Virus record (IMG/VR): IMGVR_UViG_3300025120_014869
Location: 14,261-78,260 of that record
Source: a virus
DNA length: 64,000 bases
Direction: 5' to 3' (one strand)
Of the stretch, positions 47,617 to 56,479 are shown one piece after another. Position numbers and translations under genes: made by a program. A model generated the notes under the pieces. That model worked only from the letters and a program-made list of their open reading frames with translations, made no database searches and had not been told where the DNA came from. The first letter of the stretch is position 1; every line of letters begins with the position of its first letter.

Positions 47617-49218
47617 ATGGCAGCCGGAGATCAAACTTTATCAGATGCACTTCTCTTAATAACTAAAGTTTCTAATAATCAAAATAAAAGACTTGATAAA
47701 TTAGAAAAAGTTTCTGGCTCTTCTTATAATGAAGGTCCTAAAAAAGTTGAAGAGTTGGTAAAAAAACCTGAACCAAGAATTATAACTGATTTTGGTAAAA
47801 GTGCAGAAAAAGATTTAAGAAATGCTTTAACACAGAAAGAAGAAGATGAAGAAAAGAAACCTGAAGGAGGTTTCAATTTTATTAAAAAATTAATTGGACC
47901 TGCCTTATTAGTGTTAGGAGGTCTATCAGCTTTAGTTACAGGTTTAATGACAGATGGTCCTTTAAAAGGTCTGTTTAATATTTTATCGAAAGGTGGTATT
48001 ATAGGAGGTGTTAAACTATTTGCAAACTTAGCTGGTAAGCAAATGGGTAAATTTACTGAAACCTTTGCTAAAATATTACCTAAAAACTTATTTGGTAATA
48101 TTATAGAAAGTGCTAAAAGTTTCTTAGGAGGTATAGGTAAATTTTTATTAGCACCATTTAAAAAGCTTGGAGGTAAAGGAGCTGCTAAAGGTGTATTTGG
48201 AGTTATAAGTAAATTATTTGCTAAAACTTTACAACCTGTATTAAAAAGAATACCAGGTATAGGTTCTCTTATATCATGGGGGTTTGCTGTTAGTAGATTT
48301 AAGAGTGGTCAACTTGGAAGAGGTTTAATTGATCTTGCTTCAGGTATAGCTACTTTATTTCCAGGTTTAGGTACTGGTTTAAGTATAGGTTTAGATGTAT
48401 TAAATGCGTTTTTAGATGTAAAAGCTGGTAATCCAGAAGAAGTTAAACCAGCAGGTTCAGGGTTTAAAATAGGTGATTTTTTTGGTAATGTAAAAGATAA
48501 AATTATGAATAATTTTCCAATTAAAAATTTATTTGAATTTTTTGGAGGTGTAGGTGATGTAATGGGTGGTAACTTTAAAGGAGGATTTACTAGAATGGCA
48601 TTTGCTATACCGTTCATGAAACCGTTAAGTGATTTTTTATTCAATGAAAAAGAGGAAGCTACTGATAAAGGAGGTAATTTTAGTTTCGGTACATTTTTTA
48701 AAAATATTAAAGATAAAATTTTAGTTAAAGTGTTATCTTTCTTACCTGAAAAAATCTTAGGATTTTCAGTAAGATCAAGAGCAGCAAAAATGTTAGGTAT
48801 TGATATGGGTCCAATAGTTGATGGTGAATCAGCCCAGACAAATTTTACAGATATACAAACTGAAAATAATAAACCAAGAAGGAGAGAGTTAGGAGGAGAA
48901 GTAAAAGCAAAAAATGAATATATAGTTGGTGAAGCAGGTCCCGAATTATTCGTTCCAGAATCTGAAGGGTTTATAGTAAGTAATGACAAATCACTTAATT
49001 TATTAGATAAAGAAACGTTTAGTAGCTTAACCACTAATATAGGTAGTTTACAAGATGAACAATTAAAAGAACTTAAAAAACAAAATATTTTCTTAAAAGC
49101 TTTGATAGAAAAATCTAATTCAACTGGAAATGTAGTTAGCACTACTAATACTAATACATCAATAATAAATTCAAGTAAAGGACCTTCGATAAAACAATTT
49201 AGAGAAATGTATGCTTAA
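47617..49218 (+). CDS. Tape measure / baseplate hub protein (gp29-like)
   Basis: G/A/K/F-rich amphipathic repeats, LKRIPGIG, RELGGEV...YIVGEAGPELFVP. Confidence 0.7.
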   Translation: MAAGDQTLSDALLLITKVSNNQNKRLDKLEKVSGSSYNEGPKKVEELVKKPEPRIITDFGKSAEKDLRNALTQKEEDEEKKPEGGFNFIKKLIGPALLVLGGLSALVTGLMTDGPLKGLFNILSKGGIIGGVKLFANLAGKQMGKFTETFAKILPKNLFGNIIESAKSFLGGIGKFLLAPFKKLGGKGAAKGVFGVISKLFAKTLQPVLKRIPGIGSLISWGFAVSRFKSGQLGRGLIDLASGIATLFPGLGTGLSIGLDVLNAFLDVKAGNPEEVKPAGSGFKIGDFFGNVKDKIMNNFPIKNLFEFFGGVGDVMGGNFKGGFTRMAFAIPFMKPLSDFLFNEKEEATDKGGNFSFGTFFKNIKDKILVKVLSFLPEKILGFSVRSRAAKMLGIDMGPIVDGESAQTNFTDIQTENNKPRRRELGGEVKAKNEYIVGEAGPELFVPESEGFIVSNDKSLNLLDKETFSSLTTNIGSLQDEQLKELKKQNIFLKALIEKSNSTGNVVSTTNTNTSIINSSKGPSIKQFREMYA

Positions 49219-49231
49219 TTAAATATTATTA

Positions 49232-50494
49232 ATGGCAAACTTATGGACTCTTAAATTTGGTAAAGACGCTAAACTACCTGTATTAGTTAGATCAGGTACT
49301 AACGTCGGTGCAAACATGAGTTTTGTTAAAAATAGAGTTTATAAAGGCCTATCAGGACCATCTGATCCTATTGATGTTAATAATGAATTTCCTTGGACTA
49401 AAAGTCCTAAATCTTCTAGAGAGGATGTACCTAAACTTAGAATGATTGAAAAAAGAATTACTAAAAATAGTACTGTTAGTAATTTAGCTTATTCTTTATT
49501 AGCAAGTGCAGATTTAGCAAATACTGTAGGTAGCAGTGTTATTGATGCTATAAAACCTGGTGATGAAAAAAATATAGAAGATCAGCTTAATATTATTCGT
49601 CAAGGCGGTAGTGATAATAAAACTGATGCAGCAAAGGATGAAGGTATTTTAAGCACTGTAGCTAAAGCTGCAGGGGAATTATTAACACAAGACACATTTC
49701 AAAGTAACGTACTTAAGCCATATAATTTTTTATATTCTACTGAAAAAACTGGTTTTGAATATATATTTCCTTACTTAGATAATGCATATCGTGAGTCAAA
49801 CATTGTTATGGGAAGTGATCAAGGTAATATTGCTTCAGATGTTTTAGGAGTAGTTAGAGATTTTCAACAACAAGCTACCGGATTAGCTTTAGCAATAAGA
49901 CCAGGAGTATATATAGAAGAAGCTAAACAATTTACGATGGGTGAAGAAGGTAGAACTTTAACTATAAAAATACCTTTATTAAATACAGGTAAATATGAAG
50001 ACATTTCTCGTAATTATCAATTAATTTACGGGTTAATATATCAAAATCGCCCTGGTAGAATTACTAAAAATTTAGTTGATGTACCAGTTATATATGAAAC
50101 TTTTATTGAAGGAGTAGCTTATATGCCTTATTCATATATTAAAAGTATGTCAGTGAATTTTTTAGGTAATAGAAGAACGATGGATATAAATTTACCAGTA
50201 ACTAAATTTACTTCAACCGGTTCTGAAGTTGGTACTCAAGTTAGAACAATAAGAACTGCTATACCTGATGCATATGAACTTAGTTTTCAGATAACTGGGT
50301 TAAATGATGAAACTAGAAACTTTATGTACGAAAGTATAGATAGAGGAGTTGTAACAGCAGGTGTTAAAGCGTTAAATAATCCTGATATAGACAATACAGC
50401 TCCTGGTACAGATGAAACCCAAGGAGGACCTAATATAGGTTCAGGAGGAGCTAGAAGCAATCCTTCCGCTAGTAGAAGAAGGAGGGGTGACTAA
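49232..50494 (+). CDS. Baseplate protein (gp48-like tube cap)
   Basis: Position before gp53; YMPYSYIKSMSVNF, IPDAYELSFQI. Confidence 0.45.
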   Translation: MANLWTLKFGKDAKLPVLVRSGTNVGANMSFVKNRVYKGLSGPSDPIDVNNEFPWTKSPKSSREDVPKLRMIEKRITKNSTVSNLAYSLLASADLANTVGSSVIDAIKPGDEKNIEDQLNIIRQGGSDNKTDAAKDEGILSTVAKAAGELLTQDTFQSNVLKPYNFLYSTEKTGFEYIFPYLDNAYRESNIVMGSDQGNIASDVLGVVRDFQQQATGLALAIRPGVYIEEAKQFTMGEEGRTLTIKIPLLNTGKYEDISRNYQLIYGLIYQNRPGRITKNLVDVPVIYETFIEGVAYMPYSYIKSMSVNFLGNRRTMDINLPVTKFTSTGSEVGTQVRTIRTAIPDAYELSFQITGLNDETRNFMYESIDRGVVTAGVKALNNPDIDNTAPGTDETQGGPNIGSGGARSNPSASRRRRGD

Positions 50495-50859
50495 TGGATG
50501 GTAAATATCAAAAAGATATAAGTCAATTACCTGAACTACAAATGTTTAGGTATGAAAATATATTTAAAGTTTATGAAACTGGTGATAAAAATTTTTATTA
50601 CTATAATATATTAAAAAAAATTAATATACCAGATAATTTAAATAATAATTTCTTTGATTATTTAACTTTGTATAAAAATACACCATTAACTACTATTAGT
50701 TATCAATTATACGGTACAACTCACTTATGGTGGTTGATTATGATAGTTAATAAGATCAATAATCCTGTAAAGAGTTTACCTTTAGGTAAAAAAATAAAAT
50801 ATATAAAAAATAACTATATAAAAGATATTATTGATAGTATTAGCCAACAATTACAATGA
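50494..50859 (+). CDS. gp53: Baseplate wedge protein gp53 (LysM-like)
   Basis: ISYQLYGTTHLWWLIMIVNKINNP. Confidence 0.8.
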   Translation: MDGKYQKDISQLPELQMFRYENIFKVYETGDKNFYYYNILKKINIPDNLNNNFFDYLTLYKNTPLTTISYQLYGTTHLWWLIMIVNKINNPVKSLPLGKKIKYIKNNYIKDIIDSISQQLQ

Positions 50860-52424
50860 TTTTAAATAATATATTAGAATTAACTAAAAATGATTCTTCT
50901 TCAAACGAATATTTGATAGATAATCAAAAATATGTAGTTAAAATTTTATTTGTTAATGCAGACTTAAGTGTTTTTACTATGTCTAAAAATAGTTTAAAGA
51001 GCTTTACAATTAATGACAATGCTTTTGACCCTTTTAATTACTCTTCTATTAGCTTTGTAGATAATGATAATTCATTTGAAAGATTAAAAACTAATAATGA
51101 TGATTATGAATTTAACCCAGAACTAAAAAATATACTAAAAGGGTTTCAATACAGAGGAGACGGTAGAGATTTCTTATTTGTAGAATTAGTACCTATTGAT
51201 AATGCTAATGAAGTTTACGGTACCGAAAATGATGATTTTAATAATAAATTCGGCTATAGAAAACTTTTTGTATGTACTGATGATAGTGAATCATTGCAAG
51301 GGGATGAGACTATTAAAACTATAAATTTAATTGATTTTGATGAAAAAATTTTAAGAGAACAAAAATCATTTTTTTCGTCAGCTGAATTGTTAGAAAATAA
51401 AAGTAATATATTTTTACTGTCTAATAATGATAGACAAGTAAAAACTGGGATATGTATTAAAAATTTATTAAAAAATAGTTTATTTTTAAAGACTTTTAAC
51501 CAAGTACAAAAACTTAAAAAAGATAACACACCAGATTTCGAAGAAGGTATCAGTGAAATATTCTATACTTCGCCAGCCGATAATACAGCTTATGATGATC
51601 TACTTTATTTACTTTCAAAACATGTAAGTGATAGTTCTAGTAATGACTTTTCAATACTTAAAAAGGGAAATTATGATAACAAATATTCTTTAAAAAGTGT
51701 TTCATCATTATTTAAAAAAGCTTATAATGCTGAAGATGGTACAGCAGGTGAAGAAAATTTAGAAAAAATATTTATTACAGGTACATCAGATAGTGATTCA
51801 GTAATACAAAGTGATAAAAAGACACCTAGTAGAATAGCATCATTTGGTCAATATAGTGAAATAAAAAATATTAATTTTTTTAATACTGATTCTATTATTA
51901 ACAGTGAAAAAATAAAAACGAAAATACTACATTCATATAATTTTAATAATAAAACTTTTAATATAGATAAAAAAAATACTGATATAGTAAATGTAAAAAA
52001 CAAATTTAATGAAAATTATGTTACCAATATGAAAGGTAAAGATAATAATCCCTACCCTAATTTAATAGTAAATCAAATGAAAGGTACCAATTTATCATTT
52101 GATAATTATTATTCATTATATGGTGAAAATGATAATATAAGACTATCAGAAGGTATCAATAATCTTCTTAAAAGTTCTATAGTTACTAATTTAGCTGCAG
52201 AAATAACTTTAAAAGGTCAATTATTTAGAAAAGCTGGTAAATTTATCAGTATTGAAAGAGACGGAGAATATATAGACAATTTATTTGATGATAAATTTTT
52301 AGGTATTTACTTTATATTAAATGTAGAACATAATTTTATTGATGATACAAGATATAATAATAAAATATTAGCAGTAAAGACATATATACATACAGACCCT
52401 AAATTTAATGAAAAAGTAATATGA
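50856..52424 (+). CDS. Baseplate hub protein (gp27-like)
   Basis: C-terminal ITLKG...RKAGKFI.I...GIYFILNVEHNF; follows gp53. Confidence 0.55.
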   Translation: MILNNILELTKNDSSSNEYLIDNQKYVVKILFVNADLSVFTMSKNSLKSFTINDNAFDPFNYSSISFVDNDNSFERLKTNNDDYEFNPELKNILKGFQYRGDGRDFLFVELVPIDNANEVYGTENDDFNNKFGYRKLFVCTDDSESLQGDETIKTINLIDFDEKILREQKSFFSSAELLENKSNIFLLSNNDRQVKTGICIKNLLKNSLFLKTFNQVQKLKKDNTPDFEEGISEIFYTSPADNTAYDDLLYLLSKHVSDSSSNDFSILKKGNYDNKYSLKSVSSLFKKAYNAEDGTAGEENLEKIFITGTSDSDSVIQSDKKTPSRIASFGQYSEIKNINFFNTDSIINSEKIKTKILHSYNFNNKTFNIDKKNTDIVNVKNKFNENYVTNMKGKDNNPYPNLIVNQMKGTNLSFDNYYSLYGENDNIRLSEGINNLLKSSIVTNLAAEITLKGQLFRKAGKFISIERDGEYIDNLFDDKFLGIYFILNVEHNFIDDTRYNNKILAVKTYIHTDPKFNEKVI

Positions 52425-53275
52425 GTTTTAAAACAACATTAATACCTGAATATACTGATACAATTATTCTACAAAAAGAAGAATTTTATAAAAAAAATAC
52501 TGACCTTATTGATGTAATAGGAGATTACTTAACTGAATTAAATTTAAATATAGACTATGAAAAGGGTAAATCTTCCGGAAGAGCATTTGCTAATACTGTA
52601 TTATTTTATAAAAGCTTAAATGATGAAGATTTTACTATAGATGATAAAAAAATTGATGAATCATTTAAAAACTATTACATAGAAAAATATAATAGTCTAT
52701 TTATAGATATAAAAAATTCAGTATCTAATTTCATTAAAGATAACGTTTATTTTAAAAATTATTCAGATGATGTTGGTATATTATTTGATAGCAATAGTAT
52801 TATAGATAATAGTATATCACCTTATTTTGATGTTTTTTATAGTGAAACTGAAATACCTAATAACTTAAATACAACTATTTTTAATAAAACTACATTAGAC
52901 AATAAATCCTTACAGAAAAAATTTACTAAATTTAATGATGCACTGATGAAGACTAATTTGAAAGGTATAGTAGGAGATAATTCAGATATATCAATACAAA
53001 CAACTTCGCATGGTTATAATATTACTAATGATTACAAATATTATGAACGATTTTTTAATTTTAAAGAGCCAATGATAAAAAATATTGTTTCAAATATAAA
53101 AGGTTTGGGGGAGTATATACTCTTTATAAAAGATTTAAACTTAAGAGACAATGAAACTGAGTCGAGTTTATTCAGTTACAGTTATAAAATAGAAGGTATT
53201 GAGGAGCAATATGATATTTTAAAGAATAAATTAGATGTTAGTATATACACTTCTAATTCTATATTATCTTCTTAG
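52421..53275 (+). CDS. Hypothetical protein in baseplate operon
   Basis: ATGA overlap with upstream gene. Confidence 0.65.
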   Translation: MSFKTTLIPEYTDTIILQKEEFYKKNTDLIDVIGDYLTELNLNIDYEKGKSSGRAFANTVLFYKSLNDEDFTIDDKKIDESFKNYYIEKYNSLFIDIKNSVSNFIKDNVYFKNYSDDVGILFDSNSIIDNSISPYFDVFYSETEIPNNLNTTIFNKTTLDNKSLQKKFTKFNDALMKTNLKGIVGDNSDISIQTTSHGYNITNDYKYYERFFNFKEPMIKNIVSNIKGLGEYILFIKDLNLRDNETESSLFSYSYKIEGIEEQYDILKNKLDVSIYTSNSILSS

Positions 53276-53736
53276 TCAGATACTTCAGCTTCAATTATAT
53301 CAGCATCATTAATTAATTTTTTAATTAATTCTTCTCTGTTAATTGTAAGACCTAGTAGTTCGTTAGAAGTATTTTGAAGTTCTTTTTTACTTTGAATATC
53401 AATCTCTTTTATTTCTTTTCTAGCTTCATTATTCTTATTAGTAATATGAATTTTATTAAGACTTTCTATAGCAGCAGCTGAAGCACCTACTAACTTACTT
53501 AAAGCTTCTAAATCTTTATAATCAGGAGCAGCTGTTATAAACTGCTTAACATCTTCAACATAATCTACACTACCTTTAATTAGCTTACCTGAATATTGTA
53601 ATAAAAATTCTTCTAAATTCTCATTACTTAAATTTAAATCACCATCTTGAATTTGTTTATTAACTTTAGTTGAACCTTTTAACTGACTTAAAAGGTCTCC
53701 AACAACGCTTTCTACATCTTCATCTTCTTTACTCAT
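53272..53736 (-). CDS. Probable terminase small subunit (gp16-like)
   Basis: Helical-hairpin pattern KLIKGS..Y.E......P..LEALSKLV...LNKIH and C-terminal REELIKKL; late promoter. Confidence 0.5.
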   Translation of the reverse strand: MSKEDEDVESVVGDLLSQLKGSTKVNKQIQDGDLNLSNENLEEFLLQYSGKLIKGSVDYVEDVKQFITAAPDYKDLEALSKLVGASAAAIESLNKIHITNKNNEARKEIKEIDIQSKKELQNTSNELLGLTINREELIKKLINDADIIEAEVSD

Positions 53737-53748
53737 ATAATTATTTAG

Positions 53749-53777
53749 TTGAAAACTGTTAGGAACGTTAATATAAT
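53749..53777 (+). promoter_or_regulatory. Sigma70-like promoter with AGGAAC element (dut)
   Basis: TTGAAA(53749)-N17-TATAAT(53772), AGGAAC at 53761. Confidence 0.7.
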
Positions 53778-53783
53778 AGATAT

Positions 53784-54248
53784 ATGAGTGAAAAAGTTAA
53801 TATAAAGTTTATAAAAACGCATGACGATGCAGTTTTACCAACTAAAGCGCATGATGGTGATAATTGTTTCGATTTATATGCAGTTGAAGATACGGTTGTA
53901 AGAGGTAGTTGGTCATGGTTTGGTCAAACTCGTGTAGGTAATGAAGTGGTTCCAGTAGGTATTACTGTAGCAGATATAACTCCTGGTTATGGATTTGTAT
54001 TAAGACCTAAATCTGGATTAGGTTTTAAAGCAGGTTTACAACCTCATTTAGGTGAAATTGATAATGGTTATAGAGGTGATTGTGCAGTTAAGATGTATAA
54101 TTTTTCTCATGAAGATTATTACTTTAAAAAAGGTGATAAAGTAGCTCAGATTAAAATTGAAAAAATTTATGATACAAAAGTTAGTTGGGTTAAAAAAGTA
54201 ACTAAAGCAAAACGTGGTGATGCTGGTTTTGGATCAAGTGGTAAATAG
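53784..54248 (+). CDS. dut: Trimeric dUTPase
   Basis: FDLYA, RPKSGLG, GEIDNGYRG, GDKVAQ, RGDAGFGSSG. Confidence 0.93.
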   Translation: MSEKVNIKFIKTHDDAVLPTKAHDGDNCFDLYAVEDTVVRGSWSWFGQTRVGNEVVPVGITVADITPGYGFVLRPKSGLGFKAGLQPHLGEIDNGYRGDCAVKMYNFSHEDYYFKKGDKVAQIKIEKIYDTKVSWVKKVTKAKRGDAGFGSSGK

Positions 54249-54268
54249 GAACTATTATATAATTAATT

Positions 54269-54376
54269 ATGAAAAGAACAAGTCAAAGAATAACTGAAAA
54301 AAAAGTAGGTAATGCTAAGATTAGAAAGACTGTAACAGTTACAGTTACAAAGCCTACTAAAAGAAAAAAGAAATAA
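54269..54376 (+). CDS. 35-aa basic microprotein (not in ORF track)
   Basis: MKRTSQRITEKKVGNAKIRKTVTVTVTKPTKRKKK; own AGGAAC-N5-TATAAT promoter; TAATG coupling to gp44. Confidence 0.7.
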   Translation: MKRTSQRITEKKVGNAKIRKTVTVTVTKPTKRKKK

Positions 54377-55290
54377 TGTTTAATAACTTATACGTAGAAA
54401 AGTATAGACCTCAAACGTTATCTGATTTAGTATTATCAGATGGTAATAGAAAATATTTTGAATCTATTACCGATGAAATACCGAATCTTTTATTTGTTGG
54501 TACACCTGGTTTAGGTAAAACGACATTAGCTAGAATATTGGTAAATCATGTATTAGATTGCCAATATCTTTATATTAACGCTTCTGATGAAAATGGCATT
54601 GATACAATACGCTCAAAGGTAGTAGGCTTTAGTCAGACTAAGTCTCTCGATGGTAAGCACAAAGTAGTCATATTAGACGAGGCAGACGGTATTACCATTG
54701 ACGGTCAAAGAGCATTAAGAAATACAATGGAAGAGTATAGCAGTATGACTCGCTTTATTCTTACTGCAAATTATAAGCATAAAATTATACCTGCTATTCA
54801 AAGTAGAACTCAATTCTTTGATTTAGCTCCTCCTTTTGATGATGTGGTAAAGCGTGTAGTTGATATAGTTAAAGAAGAAGGTATTAAAGTAGAAAAAGAT
54901 GATAAAGTTAATCTAGTTGGTTTAATTAAACAAGGTTATCCTGATATACGTAAAATTTTAAATAGTATACAAAAAGCAAATATTAATGGTAAGTTTACTA
55001 TAGATCATAAAGTTGATAATAATGATATAATAAACGTTATTCATAAACATATAGGTTCTAAAACTGTATTAAAACTTAGAAAATACTTAATTGAAAACGA
55101 GAATGAGTTTCAGGGTGATTATCATAACTTAATGAAGCAATATTTAAACTTTGTTTATACTTCTAGTTTAGATGACAATAAAAAACGTCAATATATAGTG
55201 TCTATTTCAGATCACATGTATAAAGACGTATTTGTATTAGATAAAGAAATTAATGCTTTTGCTTGTTGGGTAAATTTAGAAAATATTTAA
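54376..55290 (+). CDS. gp44: Clamp loader AAA+ subunit gp44 (RFC-like)
   Basis: VEKYRPQ, GTPGLGKTT, INASDENGID, LDEAD, Q.ALR, SRT. Confidence 0.93.
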   Translation: MFNNLYVEKYRPQTLSDLVLSDGNRKYFESITDEIPNLLFVGTPGLGKTTLARILVNHVLDCQYLYINASDENGIDTIRSKVVGFSQTKSLDGKHKVVILDEADGITIDGQRALRNTMEEYSSMTRFILTANYKHKIIPAIQSRTQFFDLAPPFDDVVKRVVDIVKEEGIKVEKDDKVNLVGLIKQGYPDIRKILNSIQKANINGKFTIDHKVDNNDIINVIHKHIGSKTVLKLRKYLIENENEFQGDYHNLMKQYLNFVYTSSLDDNKKRQYIVSISDHMYKDVFVLDKEINAFACWVNLENI

Positions 55291-55862
55291 CCCATATACT
55301 GTGTAGTATAATTACCTACTTGATTAGTTTTACTAACTGAACCATTTGCTGGTATTTTAGTATTAGAAGTAGGATTTGAAATTTCAGATTTTTTAAGACT
55401 ATCACCTTGTTGTGTCATAGTTTGATGTTCTTCTTCGTTTTCTTCAGGTTTTACTGGATCTATTTGAACTTTATTATCATACTTATCAGAATCAGGAGTA
55501 GGGTGTCTATTAATACCTGTGTCTATTCTTTGAAGTAAATTACCATCTAAAGTTACTTTACCTTGATTATCATATCTACCATTAGCTAATTCTTTTGCAA
55601 CTTCTACATTAAAAGAATCACCTCTGTTATCATTATTACCAGGTCCTTGAGTACCTACTGAAGTTTTTATATTTACTACATAATAATTTTTATCTGTATC
55701 AAAGTAATTATCTATATAACCCTTCATATCATCAGATAAACTCTTATATCCATCTTTTGATTTATAGTTGCTAACTAGTTTAACCATATCACCTGTTAAA
55801 ATACCTCCGTTAGAGTATCTTTCAATTGTATTTTCAATTAACTTTAAGAATTTACGCGCCAT
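55287..55862 (-). CDS. Late protein with capsid-targeting-like leader
   Basis: Start reassigned to MARKFLKLIE (ATG 55862), TATAAATA-N5-ATG. Confidence 0.7.
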   Translation of the reverse strand: MARKFLKLIENTIERYSNGGILTGDMVKLVSNYKSKDGYKSLSDDMKGYIDNYFDTDKNYYVVNIKTSVGTQGPGNNDNRGDSFNVEVAKELANGRYDNQGKVTLDGNLLQRIDTGINRHPTPDSDKYDNKVQIDPVKPEENEEEHQTMTQQGDSLKKSEISNPTSNTKIPANGSVSKTNQVGNYTTQYMG

Positions 55863-55909
55863 AATAATATTTATATTTAATCGTACAAACATCTAATTAA
55901 ATATAATAT

Positions 55910-56458
55910 ATGGCAAGAATAAATTTAAATATTTTAGAGAAAACTGATAGTAAACCTGATGTTTCCATTTTTTCTGACTTAAAATTAGATTTTAAATTAG
56001 GTAGAACTTTTAATGATGAACTTAATAAAAAGGATCAAATCACTGATATACAGATATCTAATAATTTAGATGCAATAAGAAATTCATTTATAAGTCTTAT
56101 AACTACATCTCCAGGTGAAAAAATTCTAAACCCTACTTTTGGTATAAATTTTGGAGATTTACTATTTTTACCGGTATCTGAACCAAGAGCTTTAGTTATA
56201 GGAGAAAATATAGTTGAAAATGTATCACGGTTCGAACCAAGAATACAAATAATAGGTTTAGAAGTAATAGCTGATGAAATTGAGCAAGAATATATTATTA
56301 ATTTTGAATTCACTATACCAAGATTCAACAATCAAAATTTCAGTATAGTAGGGGCTTTAAACAAAACCGGGTTTTATGAATCTTCTAAAAATAAATCATC
56401 CGGAAAACTATCTGAATTATCAGATTCTAATAACGGATCATCGACTGGTGGTTACTAA
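55910..56458 (+). CDS. gp25: Baseplate wedge protein gp25
   Basis: FSDL, AIRNS...LITTSPGEKILNPTFG, FEPRI. Confidence 0.88.
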   Translation: MARINLNILEKTDSKPDVSIFSDLKLDFKLGRTFNDELNKKDQITDIQISNNLDAIRNSFISLITTSPGEKILNPTFGINFGDLLFLPVSEPRALVIGENIVENVSRFEPRIQIIGLEVIADEIEQEYIINFEFTIPRFNNQNFSIVGALNKTGFYESSKNKSSGKLSELSDSNNGSSTGGY

Positions 56459-56479
56459 TTACAATGATTAAATATTTCT

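Noticed and set aside
48309-49142. 277-aa antisense ORF
   Set aside because: Lies wholly opposite the tape-measure gene; shadow of biased codon usage, no promoter motif
916-54252. AGGA in AGGAAC as Shine-Dalgarno
   Set aside because: Lies about 16-18 nt or more from the start, upstream of the -10 box, and is spaced to the -10 box rather than the start codon
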